DNA of 58,178 nt from Deltaproteobacteria bacterium (GTDB lineage Bacteria > Desulfobacterota > Desulfomonilia > UBA1062), in contig JAKLDU010000004.1 of assembly GCA_022703355.1 (NCBI GenBank), positions 1-58,178 of the forward strand, written 5' to 3'. Below, in pieces: positions 1 to 9,072 of this stretch. The notes beneath the pieces are model-generated. The model made no database searches. It was not told where the DNA came from and saw only the letters and a program-made list of their open reading frames with translations. Position numbers and translations under genes: made by a program. Position 1 is the first letter of the stretch. Each line of letters opens with the position of its first letter.

Positions 1-511
1 TCATGTTCCCCAGGAGGTGGAAGAACCCGCCGTGGAGGAACATGGAGGTGAGCATGGTCTCGGGCCGCCACTCGGAGGGCCTGAACCCCCAGCCCATGGC
101 GCTGGTCTGAGAGAGGATGGCCTCGAACCGGCTCCGCCTGTCCCTCCACTGGGGATAAACCCCCAGGTTCGGGGTGATGACCTTCCCTTTCTCGAGCTTG
201 TCCATGAAGGCCCTGTCTTCGTGCATCCGGGCCATGCGGGGGTAGAGCTCGGAGAGGGGATAGGGGCGGGCGGTTGCCTCGGCCGGCGAGAGGCTCACCA
301 CCTCGCCGTAGGTCTGGTACTGATCGAAGGCCCGGACCTCGACGAGGGCGAGCCCCGACCTGAGGTAATAGTCTCCCGCCCGCTCTTCTGTCCTCGTGTC
401 TTGGAAATGAAAGGCCAGAAAGACCATGCAGTTGAGGAGGACGAGGAGAATGGCCGCGACGGGAGGGTTCTTCCTGAGATCCAGTCTTCCGGGCAGGGGA
501 ACGATGATCAC
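1..511 (-). CDS. rhomboid-family intramembrane serine protease, N-terminal part (3' end lies beyond the left window edge)
   Basis: Absent from the ORF track because it is open at the window edge. Hand translation of the minus frame (codons 2-4, 5-7 ...) gives PPVAAILLVLLNCMVFLAF (TM1), a long loop, then ETMLTSMFLHGGFFHLLGNM, the H-x4-H-x3-N motif of rhomboid TM2. GTG at 509-511 is preceded by GGAGAGG. An in-frame TTG at 629-631 is the alternative start. The frame is closed upstream by TAA at 641-643. Confidence 0.6.
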   Translation of the reverse strand, partial: MIIVPLPGRLDLRKNPPVAAILLVLLNCMVFLAFHFQDTRTEERAGDYYLRSGLALVEVRAFDQYQTYGEVVSLSPAEATARPYPLSELYPRMARMHEDRAFMDKLEKGKVITPNLGVYPQWRDRRSRFEAILSQTSAMGWGFRPSEWRPETMLTSMFLHGGFFHLLGNM

Positions 512-838
512 CGGGGGCGCCTCTCCAGGGAAAGGGGTTCCGAGCGCCCGGCCATCCGCGGCGGGCGTGCCGCCCCGTTCGATGAAGCGCCTGGTCTGAT
601 GGTTTCCATTGCCAAAGCCTGCCCCGCCCAATAGCTTTCTTTACCCTGACACTCGGCAGAACAGCCTGGAAACTTGATCCGGGAACAGGGGCGGGAACCC
701 GTCCCGGCCGGGGAGCTGCACCGTGGTCATCCCAGGGGAGGAAGCTCGCTGCCGGCGGTGGACCCGGGCGGCTTCGCCGGGGTCCCGATGATGAACCCGC
801 GGCAGCGGGGGGAGGTTCGTTTCGCAGGTCTGACGGTG

Positions 839-3800
839 TTAACAGCCCCTGCTCGTCGCCGTGTGGGCGTAATACATTTCCTTTGCTTCGTACATGAGGG
901 CGTCGGCCTTTTTCATGACGTCGTCGGGGGGTGTGTCGTCAGAGCTGGAGAGCCCTACGCTGATGTGCAGCGGCAAGTCGATGTCGTGGCCGCCGCTGCG
1001 GGAAACCGTCACGCTGAGCGTTCCGGCGGCCTCCACGATGCGATCGAAGAGGATTTCCGCCTGGGCGTAGTTCGTCGAGGGCATGAGGATGGCGAACTCG
1101 TCCCCGCCCAGCCGGGACACGATGTCCGTGTTGCGGCACTGGTCCTTGAGCAGGGCGGCCACCTTGACGATGGCCTCGTCGCCCTTCTCGTGCCCGTAGG
1201 TGTCGTTGAGCCTTTTGAGCCCGTCGACATCCACGACCATGATGGCGAAAAAGATATTCCTGAACTTCTTGGCGTGCTGGATGACCTTCCTCATCTCCTG
1301 GTTCAGGAACGCGCGGTTGTAGAGTCCGGTCATGCCGTCGGTGCTGGCCATGCGCTCGAGCTGGGTCATGAGGATCTTGTTCTGGGTGACGGCGGACAGC
1401 TGCCCCAGGAACACGGTGAAGATCTCCCTGGTCTGCCGGTCGATGGCCTGGCCCCTCAGGATCATGGAGCCGGAGATCTTCGAGGAGGGAGCCTCCATGG
1501 GGATCACGCTCCAGGTGCTCTGGGAGGATTCGGGCATGCCTTCCCGGACGAACGCACTCTTCAGGGTCTCACCGAAGTCCGGCGAGGCGATTTCGGCTCG
1601 CACGGAAAGGATGACCCGCTGCTCGTCTTCGGTGATGCCGATGAACGAGGTGCCTTCGATGATCCCGCGCCGCTTGTTCTCGAGGATGACCCCGCCCTGG
1701 AAGTCGGTGAACAGGGTGTGGAGCTGCTTGAGGATGAACGAGAACAGCTCGTCGATGCTCTCCATCTGGTGGATCCTCGTGCTCGTTTCCAGGAGCGTGC
1801 GGAAAATCTGGTTCTGGCGGGTGATGGTGTCGTTGTTCTCCCTGATCTCCCGGGCCTTTTCCTGGGACTCGCTCAGGGCCGCGTTCAGCTCCCTCGTCCG
1901 CGTGATGACCTTTTCCTCGAGACCCTCGAGGAGCACGGCGTTCTCGATCTGCGGTCCGAGGACGAGCGAAATGTCGTGCATGGTCTCGAGCTCCGTGTGC
2001 GAGTAGGGCGAGCCGTCGGTCTTCTTGCCCACGAGCATCACCGCCACCATCCCGCCCCTGGAGAAAACGGGCATCACGATTTCGGCTTCCCTGAGCAGGC
2101 CCTCGCTTCCGTCAAAGGCCTGCATGCTCGGGCTCAGCCTCATCACCGCGTCCCTGGTGCAGATGTTCTGTTCAGACCTGCAGATCTCGACGAGGGGGTG
2201 GTCCTTCCGGAGGTTGAAGGAGGCCGTTTCCCGGAACGTCCGCTCTCTTTCCCCGAAGAGCCCCGTCTGAATGCTGTTGTTCCAGGTTTTCCAGCCGAAG
2301 TAGATCCGCTGGCCGGAAAGGTCGTTCAGGGAGAACAGGGAGACGAAGGACGACCCTTCGAGCACGTCGAAAAACCACTCGGAGAGCATCTGGTGGATTT
2401 TCTCGCGGTGGTGCAGCCGGGAAAGGTTGTCCGTGAGCCTGTAGTAGCTGTCCTTCATGGCGTCCGACGATTTCCTGATGAAGAGGTCCAGCACCGCGTT
2501 CCAGGCTTTCCCGACGGGATGGTACAGCGCCGAGACCAGTGCCAGGCCGATGAGCACCCGCACATTCACGCCCAGCCCGGTCAGGAGGTACACCGGTGCG
2601 AAACCGATGAGGACGGCGATGGCCGCCAGGCCGGCCCAGAACAGCACACGCCTGATATCCTGGAGCGCGGCTTTGAGATTGAACTTGAAGAGGCCATAGG
2701 CAAGGTAGAAAAGCGCGGGGAAGATGAACGTGCCGAGGGGGTATACTTCGAAGCCGTAAACGGGCAGGGCGTTGCAGATGCTCAGGAAGGCCAGGAGCAG
2801 AAAGGCCGTGATCACTCGCCGTATGGTTCCCCTCCTGCCAGGCTCGGCGATCCTGGACGCCTTGTGGAGGAGAGAGACCGCGTACACGAAACCCAGTCCC
2901 CACAGGGCGCTCATGACGTCGAAGAGGAACGCCTTGCGGGCGAAGAAGCCCCAGGAGTAGGAGTACACGCCCCCGAAGTACCAGTCCGTCCCGCTCAAAG
3001 GGGCCATGAGCAGCCCGACGAGGTAGGAGGCGTAAACGACCCACCAGGAGTCCTTCTTGCCGATGACCAGGTAGGCGAGGTGCAGGTTGACGCCCAGGAG
3101 AAGCAGGGACAGGAAGAAGTGGTCGGTGCGGGAGATGAGCAGGGCCGTATGGGGGCTCTGTACCACCATCAAAAGCGAGATGTCCAGGTTCAGCAGGGCA
3201 TAGCAGAAGCTGATAATGCTGAAGAGAAGGCCCTCGGGACGGTTCTTCTCCATGCCCAGCACGAAGAGGGACAGGCCTGCGGCAACCAGGAATGACAGGA
3301 CCGCCGGGATGCCGTCGGGCACGAGCCTGTCCATGAGGTACTGCGGTGTGCTGTCCTTGAGCAGCCACACGATGAACGTGCCCAGCGTGAGGTAGACGGT
3401 GGCGAGGAGCAGCCTGAGGATCCCGGAGAGGGCCTGCCTCCTGGCATAGGCGTTGACGCCCTGGAGGTCCCTGATGAACACGCCGTAGCCCACGGGGAGC
3501 AGCGGTATGAACGCAAGCCCCCACCAGGCCCGGGAAGGCGCCGCAGCCAGGCCCGCGAGGATCGCGAACATGGCGCCGAAACCCGCGAGCACGCACAGGT
3601 TTCCCCTGCGCCGGAGAGCCTCCTTTTCCCGCCCGGCACCCCGCACGAGCAGAAGGCCGCACAGGAGGAGCGCCCCCCCGAAAAAGGCTGCGAAAAGGGC
3701 GTGGCCGAGGGTTGCCTGCCCGAAGAACCCGGAAGGCATGAGGCTCCTGCCCAGGAAGGCCTCGCAGATGGTCACCGAAACGACGAACAGCCCCGGGACA

Positions 3801-4897
3801 TACGCCAGAAAAGCCTTCCAGGCCTCCCCATTCCGGGTGAGCCTCAGGGCAAGGTGCGTGCATATGCCGATGGCGTTCACCAGGAACAGGTCGCACACGA
3901 CAAGGACCGTTCCCGTCAGGCTCCCCGGAAGGGTCGTGACGATCAGGTCCCTGAGGCTCGCCGCGCACGCAAACAGGCAGGCCGTGCTGAAGAGCAGCGC
4001 TTCGGGGCTCTTCCCGCCCTTCCCGATGCTGAAGAACGCGCATGCCCCCGAAGCGAACAGGCTCATGACAATGGCCGAAGAGCGGTGGAATATCAGGGAC
4101 GAGGGGGGTCCGCCAAAGAGATGGCGGGCGTTCAGGGCCAGAAAGACCAGCTCGCACAGAAGCGGGACCATGGCCAGGGAGACCGCATATGCGTGGAACA
4201 GGTCCTGCTTCCCGGGCGCACCCTTCCCGCCCTTGTCCGCCAGTTCGCCGAGGCCCAGCGAGATGAGGATGACGGGGATGAACGACAGGCTAAGCGGCGG
4301 GAACAAACCTCCCAGCAGGGGATCGACGCTCAGGAGCAGGAGGAGCAGTACCATGCCAGCATTCAGGACCGCCTTTGCGGGCCCGGTGCTTTCCCCCACG
4401 GCGCCCGGCACCGTGGAGCGGGAGTTCATGATCAGGTAGCCCGCCCCCGCGAGCGCGGCGGCCGAGTTCAACAGGGCTACGGCGGGGTGCCGCACCACCC
4501 ATGACGCCGCGCAGATGATGGCCGCAAAGGCATAGGCTGCCCAGACGGCCATCCGGGGAACGCCCGGCCCCCGAAGCGCCCGGGACAGGTGGAGCGTGAG
4601 GGGCAGCAGGAAGAAAATGAACGACGAGGCGAAGGATGGCACATTGAGGACACCGGGGTCGGGGAGCATGGATGAACCCAGGTCCCCCAGGCTCCAGAGG
4701 ACGATGAGGAAAGCCGCGGCGGCCAGGAGCCTGAACTCCTTCCTGGACTCCCCGGCTCTCCCCATGAGAGAGACAAGGGCGGAGCATGTCAGCACGTTCG
4801 CCAACGGGAAAAGGAGGGAGGGAAATACCTCTCTCAACGCCTGGTCCACCAGTGATTCCTCTGCGATCTCAAGATTCCCGGAAACCCGGGCACACAT
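839..4897 (-). CDS. very large polytopic membrane sensor diguanylate cyclase (multi-TM N-terminal region, GAF-like/coiled-coil linker, C-terminal GGDEF domain)
   Basis: 1352-aa ORF. The first ~790 aa are a run of hydrophobic helices. The C-terminus reads DGMTGLYNRAFL...VVDVDGLKRLNDTYGHEKGDEAIV...RLGGDEFAILM (GGDEF). ATG at 4897. Confidence 0.85.
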   Translation of the reverse strand: MCARVSGNLEIAEESLVDQALREVFPSLLFPLANVLTCSALVSLMGRAGESRKEFRLLAAAAFLIVLWSLGDLGSSMLPDPGVLNVPSFASSFIFFLLPLTLHLSRALRGPGVPRMAVWAAYAFAAIICAASWVVRHPAVALLNSAAALAGAGYLIMNSRSTVPGAVGESTGPAKAVLNAGMVLLLLLLSVDPLLGGLFPPLSLSFIPVILISLGLGELADKGGKGAPGKQDLFHAYAVSLAMVPLLCELVFLALNARHLFGGPPSSLIFHRSSAIVMSLFASGACAFFSIGKGGKSPEALLFSTACLFACAASLRDLIVTTLPGSLTGTVLVVCDLFLVNAIGICTHLALRLTRNGEAWKAFLAYVPGLFVVSVTICEAFLGRSLMPSGFFGQATLGHALFAAFFGGALLLCGLLLVRGAGREKEALRRRGNLCVLAGFGAMFAILAGLAAAPSRAWWGLAFIPLLPVGYGVFIRDLQGVNAYARRQALSGILRLLLATVYLTLGTFIVWLLKDSTPQYLMDRLVPDGIPAVLSFLVAAGLSLFVLGMEKNRPEGLLFSIISFCYALLNLDISLLMVVQSPHTALLISRTDHFFLSLLLLGVNLHLAYLVIGKKDSWWVVYASYLVGLLMAPLSGTDWYFGGVYSYSWGFFARKAFLFDVMSALWGLGFVYAVSLLHKASRIAEPGRRGTIRRVITAFLLLAFLSICNALPVYGFEVYPLGTFIFPALFYLAYGLFKFNLKAALQDIRRVLFWAGLAAIAVLIGFAPVYLLTGLGVNVRVLIGLALVSALYHPVGKAWNAVLDLFIRKSSDAMKDSYYRLTDNLSRLHHREKIHQMLSEWFFDVLEGSSFVSLFSLNDLSGQRIYFGWKTWNNSIQTGLFGERERTFRETASFNLRKDHPLVEICRSEQNICTRDAVMRLSPSMQAFDGSEGLLREAEIVMPVFSRGGMVAVMLVGKKTDGSPYSHTELETMHDISLVLGPQIENAVLLEGLEEKVITRTRELNAALSESQEKAREIRENNDTITRQNQIFRTLLETSTRIHQMESIDELFSFILKQLHTLFTDFQGGVILENKRRGIIEGTSFIGITEDEQRVILSVRAEIASPDFGETLKSAFVREGMPESSQSTWSVIPMEAPSSKISGSMILRGQAIDRQTREIFTVFLGQLSAVTQNKILMTQLERMASTDGMTGLYNRAFLNQEMRKVIQHAKKFRNIFFAIMVVDVDGLKRLNDTYGHEKGDEAIVKVAALLKDQCRNTDIVSRLGGDEFAILMPSTNYAQAEILFDRIVEAAGTLSVTVSRSGGHDIDLPLHISVGLSSSDDTPPDDVMKKADALMYEAKEMYYAHTATSRGC

Positions 4898-5023
4898 CGT
4901 CTCATGGGGGCGGTATCGGAAAAACCCCGGTAAGATATGAGCCTGCCAGGGGGAAATTTCGTCCTGCAGGCGATTTTTTTGTTATTGAGCTGTGCAGGGC
5001 GATGGGCATAGAAGAAAGGTGAT

Positions 5024-6778
5024 ATGCGAGAACAGGAAAGACAGCTGCGGGCCCTGTTCGTGGACCTGCGTACACGGGAATCACGGCGTGAAGAGCTGTC
5101 CCCCTATGTGACCCGGGTTTTCCTCGGCGGCAGGGGGATAGGCGCATGGGTCATGGGCTCCTGCCCCACCGTGCACCCCCTCGACCCGGACGCCCCCCTG
5201 GTGTTTTCCACGGGCTTGCTCACCGGCTCGCGCGTGCCTTCCTCCAGCCGCATGGTCGTCTCCGCGTTTTCCCCGCTCACCGGCACCGTCTGCAGCGCTT
5301 CCGTCGGCGGGCGGCTCGGCCTGTCCATGAGGCGCTCGGGCATCGACCTCATCCGGGTCGCCGGCCGTGCGGAGGGGCCCGTCGTGCTCGTCATAGACGA
5401 CGGCCGCGTGGGCTTCGAGCAGGGGGACATCCCGGCAGACGAGCCCCTGAGCGGAGTTTTCGGGAGGCTCGAAGGCGCCGGGTGGTCCGCGGCGGCGGTG
5501 GGCAGGGCCGCCTTCCAGGGGTGCAGGTACGCCTCGGTCATGGTGGATGGCGCCTTTGCCTCGGGCAGGGGCGGCCTGGGCCTCGTCATGGCCTCGAAAA
5601 ACCTCCGCGCGCTGCGGGTGCGCGGCACCGGGACCGCGAAGGCCGTCGACCCGGAAGGTGAGGAAAAGGCCCGCACGGACATCCTCCGGCTCTTCGACGC
5701 GTCACCCGCCATCATGGGCGCCTCCGGGCTCAGGCACTTCGGCACGTCGGCGCTGGTGGACCTCATGGCCTCCCGGCGGATGATGCCCACTGCCAACTTC
5801 CGAAGGACCTACTTCCCCGGGTACCGGTCCTTCTGCGCCAGCGCGATCAGGGAGCAGGAGGCCCCGAAGCGCTACGCCTGCCCGGGATGCCCCATCGCCT
5901 GCAAGGGAAAGGGGCGGGCCGGGATCCCCGAGTTCGAAACCCTCTCCCACTTCGGGGCCTTGAACGAGAACGCGGACCTGGGCGCCATCATCGAGGCCAA
6001 CCGCATCTGCAACGAGGCAGGGTTCGACACCATCACCGCGGCCTCCACCATCGCCTGCCTCGCCGAGATCAGGGGCGTGAGGTACGCGGGTCGGGAGCTC
6101 GTGGACAAGGTGCGCGAGATCGCGTCTCTGACCGGGGACGGCCCCCTGCTCCAGCTCGGCTCCGCGGAGCTCGCCCGCAGGATGGGGCGGCCCGAGCTGT
6201 CCATGAGCGTGAAAGCCCTCGAGATGCCCGCCTACGACCCCCGCGGCGCCTACGGCATGGCCCTGGCCTACGGCACGTCGACCCGGGGCGCCTGCCACCT
6301 CCGGGCCTATCCGGTCTCCCACGAGATCCTGCGCAAGCCCGTGGCCACGGACCGGTTCTCCTTTTCCGGCAAGGCCCGGATCATCAAGATATCCGAGGAC
6401 CTCAACGCGGTCATCGACTCCCTGGGCGCGTGCAAGTTCGCCTTCTTCGGCGCCTCCCTCGAGGAGTACGCCAAGGGCTTCTCTTCCGTGACCGGGATCG
6501 AGGCGGACACCCAGGACCTGCTCTCCTTCGGGAACACGATCTCAAGCCTGGAGCGGCACATCAACTCGCTCAGGGGTTTCCGCCGGGAGCACGACCTCCT
6601 GCCCGAGCGGTTCTTCACGGAGCCCGGCTCCTCCGGGGCGGGCATCGAGGTCCCGCCCATAGACCGGAAGGCCTTCGAGGAAGCCCTCGACCGGTACTAC
6701 CGTATCCGGGGGTGCTCGCCCGACGGGACCTTCCCGCAGGACAAGGCCCGGGAGATCCAGTCATGCATGAGCAGGTAG
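5024..6778 (+). CDS. aor: aldehyde:ferredoxin oxidoreductase family (tungstopterin, 4Fe-4S)
   Basis: 584 aa. N-terminal VFLGGRGIGAWVM. Cluster ligands C-P-G-C-P-I-A-C plus TRGACHLRAYP. DSLGACKF pterin-binding-type motif. SD GAAAGG lies before the ATG. Confidence 0.9.
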   Translation: MREQERQLRALFVDLRTRESRREELSPYVTRVFLGGRGIGAWVMGSCPTVHPLDPDAPLVFSTGLLTGSRVPSSSRMVVSAFSPLTGTVCSASVGGRLGLSMRRSGIDLIRVAGRAEGPVVLVIDDGRVGFEQGDIPADEPLSGVFGRLEGAGWSAAAVGRAAFQGCRYASVMVDGAFASGRGGLGLVMASKNLRALRVRGTGTAKAVDPEGEEKARTDILRLFDASPAIMGASGLRHFGTSALVDLMASRRMMPTANFRRTYFPGYRSFCASAIREQEAPKRYACPGCPIACKGKGRAGIPEFETLSHFGALNENADLGAIIEANRICNEAGFDTITAASTIACLAEIRGVRYAGRELVDKVREIASLTGDGPLLQLGSAELARRMGRPELSMSVKALEMPAYDPRGAYGMALAYGTSTRGACHLRAYPVSHEILRKPVATDRFSFSGKARIIKISEDLNAVIDSLGACKFAFFGASLEEYAKGFSSVTGIEADTQDLLSFGNTISSLERHINSLRGFRREHDLLPERFFTEPGSSGAGIEVPPIDRKAFEEALDRYYRIRGCSPDGTFPQDKAREIQSCMSR

Positions 6779-7902
6779 CCAGATACCTCGGGAAGCTCCA
6801 GCGCCACGGCCTGATCGAGGGTCCCGGGGACGCCGCGCTCTACGGCCTCGACGATGAGATCCTCACCAATGCAGGCAGGGTGCCCGGGACCATGCGGGAG
6901 CTTTTCGCCCTCCTCAACATCAACAGCCTCATCATTGCCAGGCCCGGGCCCCTGTTCAGGTACGTCATCGGGCACCTCTGCCTGCGAGAGCCCGGGCTCA
7001 TCTGCCCGCGTGACTGCGAGAGCCTCACCTTCATCCACGACATCCCCGTGGTGGAAAGCTTAGACCCCCGCCGGACCGCCCAGGCCCTGAACCGGAGAAA
7101 AGGCTGCATCGTAGGCGGGGAGCTCGTCGTCACCACGGGCACGGTTTCCCTGGAGCAGGCGTTCATCTCGCTGAGCTCCATCCTGTTTGCGACCTTCGTG
7201 AAGTTCTTCGCCGATGCCCTCAACGGCCTGCACGGGTACGGGGAGCCGGTCCCCCGGGGCATGCTCGACGCCCTGCCCGGCCTGCTGGCCCGAGCTGAGC
7301 CCCGCTCCTCGGCCGAACCCCTGCCCGAAAGGGCGCCCGAGGGCGAGGACGAGATCCTCCGCGCCATGGACCAGGCGGGCAAGGCCGTGGTGAACGCACG
7401 CCTGGTGGACTCCTTTTTCGGGAACATCTCGTACCGGGACGGAGGCGCCGTCTACATTTCCCAGACGGGGTCGTCCCTGGACGAACTGCCCGGGTACATC
7501 GACCGGGTCCCGCTGGACGGCTCGTCGACCTGCGGGATCACCTCGTCCTCCGAGCTCACCGCGCACGTGAAAACCTATGAGCTCACCGGCGACAACGCCA
7601 TCCTCCACGGGCATCCGCGGTTCTCGGTGATCATGTCCATGTTCGGTCACCCCCTTCCCTTCGGGGACCGGCGCTCGATAGGGGGCGTGCCCGTGGTGTC
7701 GGGCGAGGTGGGCGCGGGTGCCCGGGGCCTCGTGCACACCCTGCCGGAGGCCATGCGGGAGTTTCACGGGGCGATCGTGTCCGGGCACGGGGCCTTTGCG
7801 AGCTGCACGGGGTCGTTCAGGGAGGCATTCACGAGGCTCATGGACATGGAGACCCTGTGCTACAGGACCTGCTGCGCGCTGGTGCGGGAAAAGCTCGGCT
7901 GA
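6763..7902 (+). CDS. class II aldolase/adducin-domain protein with an unassigned ~190-aa N-terminal extension
   Basis: Internal ATG (MHEQVARYL...) of track ORF 5887..7902; counting 379 aa back from the stop gives 6763. C-terminal half reads FGNISYRD..ISQTGSSLDEL..SSELTAHVKTY..ILHGHP..GHGAF, as in fuculose-phosphate-aldolase-like proteins. Overlaps the aor stop by 16 nt. Confidence 0.75.
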   Translation: MHEQVARYLGKLQRHGLIEGPGDAALYGLDDEILTNAGRVPGTMRELFALLNINSLIIARPGPLFRYVIGHLCLREPGLICPRDCESLTFIHDIPVVESLDPRRTAQALNRRKGCIVGGELVVTTGTVSLEQAFISLSSILFATFVKFFADALNGLHGYGEPVPRGMLDALPGLLARAEPRSSAEPLPERAPEGEDEILRAMDQAGKAVVNARLVDSFFGNISYRDGGAVYISQTGSSLDELPGYIDRVPLDGSSTCGITSSSELTAHVKTYELTGDNAILHGHPRFSVIMSMFGHPLPFGDRRSIGGVPVVSGEVGAGARGLVHTLPEAMREFHGAIVSGHGAFASCTGSFREAFTRLMDMETLCYRTCCALVREKLG

Positions 7903-7919
7903 CCCCGGCACCCTGATGC

Positions 7920-7948
7920 TTGACGGATATATATCGCTTCGATATACT
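7920..7948 (+). promoter_or_regulatory. near-consensus sigma70-type promoter TTGACG-17-TATACT with a palindrome in the spacer
   Basis: TTGACG at 7920-7925, 17-nt spacer, TATACT at 7943-7948, 28 nt before the ATG at 7976. The spacer begins with the self-complementary GATATATATC (7926-7935). The stretch is AT-rich in a GC-rich genome. Confidence 0.5.
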
Positions 7949-7975
7949 ACACCGGAAAGAACCGGAGGTTGATGC

Positions 7976-9061
7976 ATGGGCGACGAGGTGTACAGGAAGC
8001 TGGCCGGGGTGCTCGACACCATTCCCAACGGCTTTCCGGCCACGGAAAGCGGCGTCGAGATCAGGCTTCTCAAGAAGATCTTCACCGAGGACGAGGCGGA
8101 GCTCTTCTGCAGGCTGCGCCTGACCTTCGAGACCGCGGCGCAGATCGCGGAGCGCACGGGAATCCCCCTGGAAGGGCTCGAGGAGAAGCTTGTCGCCATG
8201 GGCTCGAAAGGCCAGGTCTTCGCCATCCGGCTGGGGAGCCTGTGGATCTTCCGGATGCTGCCCTGGGTGTTCGGGATCTTCGAGTTCCAGCTCCACCGTC
8301 TCGACAGGGAGCTTGCCGACCTTCACGAGGAGTACGAGGAGGCCTTCGGAAAGCAGTTCTTTTCGGCAAAGCCCCAGCTCATGCAGACGCTGCCCATCGA
8401 GGAGACCATCACCCCGGGCCACGAGGCCCTGCCCTACGAGCGCATCTCTTCCCTCATCGAGCACAACCAGTCCTTCATCGTCAACGAGTGCATCTGCAAG
8501 AAGCAGCAGGCGCTGCGGGGAAAGCCCTGTGGAAAGCCGGCGGAGGTGTGCCTGGGCATGGCGCCCGTCCCGGGCGTCTTCGACGACTCGCCCAACGGAA
8601 GAGCGATCTCGCGGGCCGAGGCGTACGAGCTCCTGAAGAAGACCGAGGAGCTGGGCCTCGTGCACCTCACGAGCAACATCCAGAACGGGCAGATCTTCAT
8701 CTGCAACTGCTGCTCGTGCTGCTGCGGCGTGCTCAGGTCCATCACCGACCTGAAGATTCCGGCAGCCGACGTGATCAATTCCCACTACTGCGCCTCCATC
8801 GACGCCGGGGCGTGCACCCGGTGCGGGCTCTGCGCCGACGAGCGCTGCCAGGTGGGGGCCATCGTCGAGGACGGGGACGGGTACCGCGTCGTCCGGGAGG
8901 GGTGCATCGGGTGCGGCCTGTGCGTGAGCACCTGCCCGTCGGGCGCCCTGTCGCTCGTCCACAAGCCCGTCGAGGAGCGGGCCGTCCCGCCGGTCACCGA
9001 GAGCGACTGGAATGACGAACGGGGCCGGAGCCGGGGAATCGACTTTTCCCCGTACCGGTGA
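7976..9061 (+). CDS. Cys-rich iron-sulfur protein: helical N-domain, CxC..C..C and CNCCSCCC motifs, C-terminal 2x[4Fe-4S] ferredoxin domain
   Basis: 361 aa. Motifs ECICKKQQALRGKPCGKPAEVC, ICNCCSCCCGVL, then ACTRCGLCADERC and CIGCGLCVSTCP. SD GGAGG at 7965-7969. Paralogue at 38593..39588. Confidence 0.8.
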   Translation: MGDEVYRKLAGVLDTIPNGFPATESGVEIRLLKKIFTEDEAELFCRLRLTFETAAQIAERTGIPLEGLEEKLVAMGSKGQVFAIRLGSLWIFRMLPWVFGIFEFQLHRLDRELADLHEEYEEAFGKQFFSAKPQLMQTLPIEETITPGHEALPYERISSLIEHNQSFIVNECICKKQQALRGKPCGKPAEVCLGMAPVPGVFDDSPNGRAISRAEAYELLKKTEELGLVHLTSNIQNGQIFICNCCSCCCGVLRSITDLKIPAADVINSHYCASIDAGACTRCGLCADERCQVGAIVEDGDGYRVVREGCIGCGLCVSTCPSGALSLVHKPVEERAVPPVTESDWNDERGRSRGIDFSPYR

Positions 9062-9072
9062 AGGGAGGCGCC

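Noticed and set aside
17-634. Plus-strand 205-aa ORF at the left edge.
   Set aside because: Its composition is Gly/Pro/Glu-rich and motif-free. The minus strand of the same region encodes a rhomboid TM2 signature (HGGFFHLLGNM), so the plus ORF is the shadow frame.
674-4157. Very long ORFs in the track antisense to, or out of frame with, the GGDEF gene (674..3295 plus strand, 873 aa; 2172..4157 minus strand, 661 aa). Similar cases are 7060..8226, 7838..8962, 9351..11033, 11926..13467, 35770..37296, 36038..37333, 39805..41373, 41591..43279, 53801..54952 and 55585..56796.
   Set aside because: Their translations are Arg/Gly/Pro/His-rich low-complexity strings with no motifs. This is typical of stop-codon-poor alternative frames in high-GC DNA. 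In every case another frame carries an unmistakable domain signature.
5887-6762. N-terminal 292 codons of track ORF 5887..7902, which would give a 671-aa protein.
   Set aside because: This part overlaps aor in another frame and translates to Arg/Gly/Pro junk. The recognisable protein starts at the ATG at 6763.
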